From an uncultured Bacilli bacterium (GTDB lineage: Bacteria; Bacillota_I; Bacilli_A; RF39; UBA660), in NCBI GenBank assembly GCA_934101575.1, contig CAKORJ010000001.1, positions 474,519-538,518 on the forward strand: DNA of 64,000 nucleotides. The letters are read 5' to 3'. The notes below the pieces were generated by a model. That model was not told where the DNA came from, ran no database searches, and saw only the letters and a list, made by a program, of their open reading frames with translations. The position numbers and the translations under genes were made by a program. Below, piece by piece: positions 19,446 to 26,456 of the stretch (positions are counted from its first letter, which is position 1; every line of letters begins with the position of its first letter).

Positions 19446-20603
19446 TTAATTTACTTCTCCTGTTAGAAAGTTTTTTATTACTCTTATATATTGTTTTAAG
19501 ATGCTTGCTTTTTCTATATTTTGATCTGTTGTTAAAGGAACTTTTTTTATTGTTTTATTTGTTGTTTGTTCTTTTAGGTATAAATACCCTATTGTGTCTC
19601 CTTTTTTTACTGGATATGATAGTTTATTTAGTTTTATGTTATATGTATATTTTTTTTTGAATTCTCCTTTTTTAGTTGTTATTGTAAGATCATCTTTTAA
19701 GAATAAATTTACTTTATTTATATTTGATTTATCTAGTTTTATTTCTTTTATTTTTTTTGTTTTTTCTATTAATGTTTTACTTTCGTATTGATGGAATCCA
19801 TAATCTAACATAGCTATTGTTTCACTGTTTCTTGTTTTTGTGTTGTTGTATCCTAATGATATGGCTATTAATCTTAGTCCATTTTGTTTAGCTGTTACGG
19901 CAAGGGAAGATCCGGCTTGTTCTGTATATCCTGTTTTTAATCCATCTACTCCTTTGTAGAATTTTACTAGTTTATTTGTATTCACTATCCATGTTTTATT
20001 ATCTGTATTTTCTCTTATGTAACTTTCATATTCTTTTGTATAGTTTAGTACTTTTTTATGTTTTATTAGTTCTTTGGCTATTATTGCTGTATCGTATGCT
20101 GTGGAGTAATTTTCTTCTTCATCTAGTCCTGTTGAATTTACAAAGTTTGTATTTTTTAAATTTAGTTCTTTGGCTTTTTTATTCATTTCTTTTACAAATT
20201 CTTGTTCTGTTCCACTTACTCTTTCTGCCATTAGTACCATTGCATCATTGGCACTTGCCATTGTTATTCCTTTTATTAAATCTTTTACGCTTATTTTTTC
20301 TCCTTCTTCTAACCATATTTGTGTTCCGCCCATTTCTTTAGCATTTTTGCTTGTTGTTAATATTTCATCTTGTTTTAATGAACCATTTTCTATTTTTTCA
20401 AATATTAAGATTAATCCCATCATTTTTGTTAAGGATGCTATGCTTGTTTTTTTATCTTTGTTTTTTTCATAAAGGATTTCTCCAGTATCATAATCCATTA
20501 AAATTGCTTTGCTAGCATTTGGTGTTATATCTAAAGTATTTGCTTTTACTACAGTTGGAATAAAAATTAAACTTATTATTAAAGGAATAAATATTTTTTT
20601 CAT
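19446..20603 (-). CDS. D-alanyl-D-alanine carboxypeptidase (peptidase S11, PBP5 type, with PBP5 C-terminal domain)
   Basis: 385 aa with a signal peptide. Active-site motifs SxxK (SIASLTKMM), SxN (SANDA), and KTG (LKTGYT). Confidence 0.88.
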   Translation of the reverse strand: MKKIFIPLIISLIFIPTVVKANTLDITPNASKAILMDYDTGEILYEKNKDKKTSIASLTKMMGLILIFEKIENGSLKQDEILTTSKNAKEMGGTQIWLEEGEKISVKDLIKGITMASANDAMVLMAERVSGTEQEFVKEMNKKAKELNLKNTNFVNSTGLDEEENYSTAYDTAIIAKELIKHKKVLNYTKEYESYIRENTDNKTWIVNTNKLVKFYKGVDGLKTGYTEQAGSSLAVTAKQNGLRLIAISLGYNNTKTRNSETIAMLDYGFHQYESKTLIEKTKKIKEIKLDKSNINKVNLFLKDDLTITTKKGEFKKKYTYNIKLNKLSYPVKKGDTIGYLYLKEQTTNKTIKKVPLTTDQNIEKASILKQYIRVIKNFLTGEVN

Positions 20604-20746
20604 TTGATCACCTACTTAAAAATATGTCTAAATCTGTTAGATAGAATTAAAAATATAATTTTTTGTTTTTTTAATTTTGGTTTTTTCTTTATGATTTTTA
20701 TAAAATATTTCTATTTTATATACATATTCTTTATTAGGTGATTGTT

Positions 20747-21610
20747 GTGTTTAATGGGAAAAGACTTACTCTTATATGTGTGTTGATTTTGATTGGTGTT
20801 TTGATTTTTGGTATTACTAAGATATATGAGAAAAGGTTTATATCTAAAAATGAATTTAGCAATATTAGTCCTTATGCTCCATATGAAAAGATTTATTCTT
20901 ACGAGGTCCAAAACAGGGAAAGATATGTTAGATATCATAGTAAGAATAAAGATTTGAGTTATGAGGATGTTGTTGTTAGGGTTAATATTGGACTAGATTA
21001 TGATTTTTATAAGTTTATCAATAATGCTAATTATGATAAAGATATTTTTATTTTGGTTAATAAATATACTAGACTTGGAAGTGATTATGTTCCTAATGAT
21101 TTAGAAAAGATTGATGATAAGTATTTTATTAATGGTAATAAGAATGTTAGACTCATGAGAAAAGAAGCTAAAGAAGCTTTTGAAAGACTGAGTTTGGCTT
21201 CTGCTAAAAGTGGATATCCTGTTTATGGTCAAAGTGCCTATAGGGATTATAATAGACAGGAAGAAATTTATAACTTGGAGGTTAAGAATTATGGTGTTTC
21301 TGGGGCGGATAAGGATGTAGCAAGGCCTGGACATTCAGAACATCAAACTGGGCTTTCTATTGATGTTAGTTCTAATAAAAGTGGGGATATGTTAAAGTTT
21401 GATAAGACTCCTTCTTTTAATTGGATGATGAATAATGCTTATAAATATGGTTTTATTTTGAGGTATCCTAAGGGTCTTGAGAATATTCATGGTTTTATTT
21501 ATGAGTCTTGGCATTTTAGATATGTTGGAGTTAAGGTAGCTAGTGATTTGCATAATAAGCATAGTAATTTGACTTATGATGAATATTATTATACATTTTT
21601 ATATAAATAA
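20747..21610 (+). CDS. LD-/DD-carboxypeptidase of the VanY/LdcB (peptidase M15B) family, membrane anchored
   Basis: Zn-ligand blocks SAYRDY, RPGHSEHQTGLSIDV, ESWHFRYVG. N-terminal TM. Start ambiguous: GTG at 20747 (5 nt after AGGTGA) is preferred over the track start at 20738. Confidence 0.8.
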   Translation: MFNGKRLTLICVLILIGVLIFGITKIYEKRFISKNEFSNISPYAPYEKIYSYEVQNRERYVRYHSKNKDLSYEDVVVRVNIGLDYDFYKFINNANYDKDIFILVNKYTRLGSDYVPNDLEKIDDKYFINGNKNVRLMRKEAKEAFERLSLASAKSGYPVYGQSAYRDYNRQEEIYNLEVKNYGVSGADKDVARPGHSEHQTGLSIDVSSNKSGDMLKFDKTPSFNWMMNNAYKYGFILRYPKGLENIHGFIYESWHFRYVGVKVASDLHNKHSNLTYDEYYYTFLYK

Positions 21611-21626
21611 AAAAGGACTATTTGTC

Positions 21627-22265
21627 CTAGTGTTCATATAATCCATGTATTTTTTGTCTTGTTGTATCATCTATGTCATTTAATGTCCATACATTGTCTA
21701 CTTTTGTTAGTTTAAAATCTATTGTGTATTTTACTCTATCTTTTGCATCTTTTAGTTTGCCTAGTCTGTACTCTACAAATTTTGAATCTGAGTTTGTTCC
21801 TGTTACTGCGTCTTTGGCGTCTTTGGTTGCATCTTTTGCTCCTTCAATGATATCTTCTGTTGCATTTTTTGCATCATCCACTATGCCATTTCCTGTTACT
21901 GATTTAAATTCATCTGGATTCTTATTGTAGTAATCTTCGGCATCTTTGTTTATTTTGTAGTAATCATAGACTTCTATTTCTGCTGTTACAGTTGCAGTAT
22001 CTCCATCGATAGTTTCATCTTTTATTTCGTATGACATGTCTTTGTATTGTTTTTTTATTATGTCTTGATATGTTTCTTTTTGTGTGTCGTCCATTAATGA
22101 ATCTGTATCTACCATGTCTTTTAATTGATTTAGTACTGTTTCATCTTGATTTTTATAACTATCTAGAAATTTTTCTACTTTTTTAGTTGGAGTATTATCC
22201 ATGGTGCAACCGCTCAATAATACAATAGCCATAATACATGAAAAACATAATAATATTTTTTTCAT
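21627..22265 (-). CDS. Putative lipoprotein (acidic), function unknown
   Basis: Lipobox LLSGC after the MKKILLCFSCIMAIV signal. Start placed at the ATG 8 nt after GGGAGGA (the track ORF is 5 codons longer). Last gene of the 28862..21627 minus-strand string. Confidence 0.6.
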   Translation of the reverse strand: MKKILLCFSCIMAIVLLSGCTMDNTPTKKVEKFLDSYKNQDETVLNQLKDMVDTDSLMDDTQKETYQDIIKKQYKDMSYEIKDETIDGDTATVTAEIEVYDYYKINKDAEDYYNKNPDEFKSVTGNGIVDDAKNATEDIIEGAKDATKDAKDAVTGTNSDSKFVEYRLGKLKDAKDRVKYTIDFKLTKVDNVWTLNDIDDTTRQKIHGLYEH

Positions 22266-22312
22266 AATAAATCCTCCCATTTCTATTATGAGAGGATTAT
22301 TATTTTTTTATA

Positions 22313-23086
22313 CTAGATTTTGTTTAAACTATTTTTTTTGTTTTTTAAAACTATTATGATTATTATTGCTACAACTGAAAGGAGAATGAATACTGATGCT
22401 ATAATGATGCCTGCATATGGATTTTGATCTTTTGTTTCTGGTGTTTGTTGATCTTCTGTTTGATCTGTTGTGTTGTCTGATGAATCATCAGCTTCAGGAT
22501 CTTCACCAACTATTTCATCCATTGATTTGTTTTCTTTGCTTTTATTTTGGGATACGCCGAAATAAAGATTAAAACTATCATCTGTAGGGTACCAAGTATA
22601 TACATTATTATTGTGTTCTTTGGCATTATTACTTAAAACTGCTAAGTTTGTTTTTATATTTATTGTTATTGAATCTGCTCTGGAAGAACAATAGAATGGT
22701 GAAGTGGTTTTTATTGATATTTTTGCTCCATCGTTAACTATATCATATTTACTAAAACATTCTTTTATAATTCTACTACCTGCCAAAAATGATGGATTGT
22801 AATCATTTTTTAATGTAATAGTATATACTCCATTACTTTTTTTTGATGTTTTTTTGTATTTTACTTGTCTGTCTTCATCAAAGTTTATTTTATCTTTGAC
22901 TACTGATGTCATAAAATCGTAATATCCGGTTTTACTTAACTCACTTTCTTTTACTGTGTATATATTATTTTCATGAAAGTTCATATCATCATCTATTGTT
23001 AGATTGTACTCTATACTACTTGCATATGTATTAATAGTAGCTAGCATAAAGCATATTGCAAAAAAGAATATATATTTTAATTTCAT
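22313..23086 (-). CDS. Bitopic surface protein: signal peptide + ~190-aa domain + acidic/Thr-rich stalk + C-terminal TM anchor; paralogue of 23096..23878
   Basis: 257 aa. Signal ..TINTYASS, stalk EDPEADDSSDNTTDQTEDQQTPETKDQ, C-terminal TM IIIASVFILLSVVAIIIIIVL followed by KNKK. Shares blocks with its neighbour (N[IL]TID.., NN[VI]YTW). Confidence 0.55.
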   Translation of the reverse strand: MKLKYIFFFAICFMLATINTYASSIEYNLTIDDDMNFHENNIYTVKESELSKTGYYDFMTSVVKDKINFDEDRQVKYKKTSKKSNGVYTITLKNDYNPSFLAGSRIIKECFSKYDIVNDGAKISIKTTSPFYCSSRADSITINIKTNLAVLSNNAKEHNNNVYTWYPTDDSFNLYFGVSQNKSKENKSMDEIVGEDPEADDSSDNTTDQTEDQQTPETKDQNPYAGIIIASVFILLSVVAIIIIIVLKNKKNSLNKI

Positions 23087-23095
23087 AATTACCTC

Positions 23096-23878
23096 CTATA
23101 GTTCTGATGCCTTATGTTTTTTTCTTATGAAAATAATTGTTGTTATGATTGCACCTGATAGTATTACAATTACTAATATTATACTTAATACGTTGTTTTT
23201 TTTACTTTCAGGTTCTTTTATATTTTTATTATCATTTGTTTTATTAGAATCATCTTGGTTGGATTTTTCTGTTTCATTATATTTTTGTCCATAATCTATT
23301 GTTATATTTATACCTTTGCTTTGAGAATTTTTATTATTAAACTCCCATGTATATATGTTATCATCATTATTTATTTTATCTGCATTATTATAAATAACTT
23401 TGTATGGAGTTTTTACATTTACTGAAAAATTATTAAATTCGCATGTAAGGCCTTTACTTGTTGCAAAAGTAATAGCATTTGAATTATCTTCTGACTCTGC
23501 TATGTTATAGTATTCAAAACAATTTCTGATTGCTGATGATTTTGTATGTTCTGATAATGGAAAGTTTCCTGTGACTATAACTTGTCTTTTTGTGTCATCT
23601 GCTCTTGAATTATAATAATCTATTCCAGATTCTTTTTCTCCAGTTGTAGAATATGGATTTTTTAAATTTGCATCATAATATAATGGTGTAGGATATGTTG
23701 CATTTTCTTTTATTTTACTGTAATCTGAACTACTACCATATATTATATATTCTTCTTTTATATTGTTTTTATCTATAGTAATATTAGCTGTTGCTGTGCA
23801 TCCTGTCATAAGGAAAACTGCTATTACTAATAATATGATTTTTTTCAAACTATCACCTATCCTTTTGAAATGATCCAA
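23096..23878 (-). CDS. Bitopic lipoprotein-like surface protein with C-terminal TM anchor; paralogue of 22313..23086
   Basis: 260 aa. Lipobox LMTGC, a domain of about 190 aa, a K/N/D-rich linker, and a C-terminal TM (LSIILVIVILSGAIITTIIFI RKKHK). Its start overlaps the upstream hydrolase gene by 22 nt. Confidence 0.55.
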   Translation of the reverse strand: MDHFKRIGDSLKKIILLVIAVFLMTGCTATANITIDKNNIKEEYIIYGSSSDYSKIKENATYPTPLYYDANLKNPYSTTGEKESGIDYYNSRADDTKRQVIVTGNFPLSEHTKSSAIRNCFEYYNIAESEDNSNAITFATSKGLTCEFNNFSVNVKTPYKVIYNNADKINNDDNIYTWEFNNKNSQSKGINITIDYGQKYNETEKSNQDDSNKTNDNKNIKEPESKKNNVLSIILVIVILSGAIITTIIFIRKKHKASEL

Positions 23879-26376
23879 TATTGTTTTGATGCTGGTACTA
23901 CAACATCTTTGAATGAATACATTTTTGATGGATTATTTTTATTTGGATCTTGAACGAATACCTCACCATCTTTATGTGATGTTAGAACTATATAATGTCC
24001 TTTGCTTGTAAATGGTTTTTTATCTGTAGATGCAATAACTAATTTTTTACCGCTATTTAAAGCTATTAGAACTTCTTCTTGTCCTTTTTTATCATTTGTT
24101 ACTTGTTGTACTGTTAAACCATATTTTTTCCCTGCTGCTGCAAAGAATGAGTAAGCTGTTCCTTGTCCTTGAACTCTATGTCCATTATCGCATGAGAATT
24201 TTGCAAGTTCTACTGGATCATGTTCTTCGCCTAATAATGATGATGTAACTATGGCCATAGCAGTTGGTCCACATCCACTTGTGGCTATTGTATTACTTCC
24301 AGAACAATATGCATTTTTATAGTCATTTTGATAATATGGATAAATTTTACCTGAATAACCATCTCCGCCAACTGTACATGTTCCTCCAGTTACTCCTGTT
24401 ATTTCTATTCCATCAGCATAGAAATATTTTAGAATTTCATCGAATTTTTTTCCTTCGTCTTGCATTTGTCTTGCTACATATTGACTCATTCCATGAGCAT
24501 GACCTGCTCCATTTAAACCACCACTATATGCTGCTCTGCTATGTGGGGACTTTACTGTTATTTTATGTTTTTCTTTCGAAGGAACTTTTGTATATGTTAC
24601 TGTACATGTTGTTCCACTACAACTTGCATCTGGACAGTCCTCGTCATGTATACAAAATGCGTCATACTGAGCTGAGAAAACTTTTCTGTTGTATAGCATT
24701 ACTGAACCTGCTGTTTCTTGAGCTGCTTTTTTTGCTCTTTCATTTGCTTTTTGATATACTTGAGCTGATTGACTATTTCCAATTGATTTTGAACAGTTAC
24801 TAGTTGAGTTTACTGCATAAGTTCTTGCTGCTATAGCTTGAGCTTTCATTGCTTCTATATTATCTGGATCTTGGGAATTTTTATATGAATTTTCTGCTGA
24901 TACTACTCCGGCTATATAATCTTCTAAACTTATTGTACCCGTTCCACTTACTGTTATTCCATTTGGACAGTAATTTCCTGTTTCTCCTGTTGAAATAGAA
25001 CTACTTGTGTCGCAACATTTTTCTTCCCCAGATGTACTACTATCATTTTGATAATCTGTAGCATCATTTGCAGCATTGGCACTGTCTCCAGCTGGCTCTC
25101 CATCCCATTTACTACCACAACTTGTTTTAAATGCTTGATAGTTCATGAAATAATCTACATAGCCATATACAAGAGTGCCATTTACTTTCATACCGAAATG
25201 TAAATGATTTCCTGTTGATCTTCCAGAGCTTGCTACATTTCCTATTAGTTGTCCTTTACCGACTTTGTCACCTTTTTTTACTTTGATTGAATTTTTTACC
25301 ATGTGGTAGTAGTGAGTTTCTATTACTCCACCATGTTTTATTGCTACGAAATTTCCTCTTGATTCACCACCGCAATTGGTACTACTTGCTACGGTTTCAT
25401 TATCTTTACAACCATCATTAACTTCTGTAACAACACCAGCTTGCGCTGCATATATTGGAGTTCCTCTTCCTATTGCTAAGTCGATTCCTCTATGGGTACT
25501 TCCCCACCTTGGACCTGGTTTTGATGTTATTGTATAGTTAAATTTTTTCCCTAATGGATTTTGCATTTTACATAAAAAATCTGTTTCAGAGGCTGACCCT
25601 GAATAATCTGCTCCATTATATGTACTTCCAGATGTAGTACTACCACCATCATCACTACAAATTGAAGCTATTACTCCAGCGCTTACTCCACCAAATAATG
25701 CAGCTATTACAACAAATGCTAGTAAGACTAATACTAATATTCCAGTTACAATTACTGCTACTTTTATTTTTATTGTTATAGGTAAGGCAGCAAATGACTG
25801 TTTAATTTTTGAGGTAGCCATTTGTTTTCCAGCGCTTTGTTCTTTTTCGCCACCTTTATCTGTTGAATTTTTACTTCCTAATCCTAATTTTGATTTTATT
25901 CCTTGTCCAACTCTATTAAGTGGATTTAATTTTGAACCAAGTTTTTTCTTTGTCTCTGCATCTTTGTTATTGTTTTGGTTTTTTTTGGTGTTATTTTGGT
26001 TATTTTCCTTATTATTTTGCCCATTATTTTTTTCTTTATTGTTTTCATCGTTTTTACCATTTTTATTGTTTTGGTTCTTTTTTTTGTCTCCTGGGCCACC
26101 CTTTTTTCCTATATTCTTATCTGGTTTGTTTTGACCATTCATTAATTTATTCTTAATTTTTTCGCCTACCCCTGTGGCTAGACTTTTTTTATTGGGATTT
26201 CCTACATTTCCTTTTACACCTTGAACGAGTCCTTTTCCAAAGTCTGTTACTCCATTGGCAATGCTCCCCATAGATGATTGTCCGCTTGCTCTCGGAAATT
26301 GTCCATTTCCTGCGGGTTCTTGAGGCTGAGTTTCAGAACCAACATTAATATCTTCTTGCTCATTATTTTCGTTCAT
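23857..26376 (-). CDS. Membrane-anchored triple peptidoglycan hydrolase: M23/LytM + SpoIID/LytB + papain-like C39-type domain
   Basis: 839 aa. Residues 1-195 form a K/N/G-rich low-complexity tail, with a TM at about aa 196-238. M23 has intact HxxxD (STHRGIDL) and HxH (GNHLHFG). SpoIID blocks: LEDYIAGVVSAE, KAQAIAARTYAV, SAQVYQ, GHAHGMSQYVARQM, EILKYFY. The C-terminal domain has SGCGPTAMAIV (Cys), KGHYIVL (His), and VQDPN (Asp). GGTGATG SD. Confidence 0.85.
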   Translation of the reverse strand: MNENNEQEDINVGSETQPQEPAGNGQFPRASGQSSMGSIANGVTDFGKGLVQGVKGNVGNPNKKSLATGVGEKIKNKLMNGQNKPDKNIGKKGGPGDKKKNQNNKNGKNDENNKEKNNGQNNKENNQNNTKKNQNNNKDAETKKKLGSKLNPLNRVGQGIKSKLGLGSKNSTDKGGEKEQSAGKQMATSKIKQSFAALPITIKIKVAVIVTGILVLVLLAFVVIAALFGGVSAGVIASICSDDGGSTTSGSTYNGADYSGSASETDFLCKMQNPLGKKFNYTITSKPGPRWGSTHRGIDLAIGRGTPIYAAQAGVVTEVNDGCKDNETVASSTNCGGESRGNFVAIKHGGVIETHYYHMVKNSIKVKKGDKVGKGQLIGNVASSGRSTGNHLHFGMKVNGTLVYGYVDYFMNYQAFKTSCGSKWDGEPAGDSANAANDATDYQNDSSTSGEEKCCDTSSSISTGETGNYCPNGITVSGTGTISLEDYIAGVVSAENSYKNSQDPDNIEAMKAQAIAARTYAVNSTSNCSKSIGNSQSAQVYQKANERAKKAAQETAGSVMLYNRKVFSAQYDAFCIHDEDCPDASCSGTTCTVTYTKVPSKEKHKITVKSPHSRAAYSGGLNGAGHAHGMSQYVARQMQDEGKKFDEILKYFYADGIEITGVTGGTCTVGGDGYSGKIYPYYQNDYKNAYCSGSNTIATSGCGPTAMAIVTSSLLGEEHDPVELAKFSCDNGHRVQGQGTAYSFFAAAGKKYGLTVQQVTNDKKGQEEVLIALNSGKKLVIASTDKKPFTSKGHYIVLTSHKDGEVFVQDPNKNNPSKMYSFKDVVVPASKQYWIISKG

Positions 26377-26456
26377 TTACATCACCACATTTCTTAAGTA
26401 TCTTCTATATTACTATATCATAAAAAACGACAAAAAAAAAGGAAAACTTAGTTTCC

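Noticed and set aside
20711-20938. A 75-aa minus-strand ORF overlapping the start of the VanY/LdcB-like gene.
   Set aside because: It is antisense to a gene with clear M15B motifs and a proper SD, and has no features of its own.
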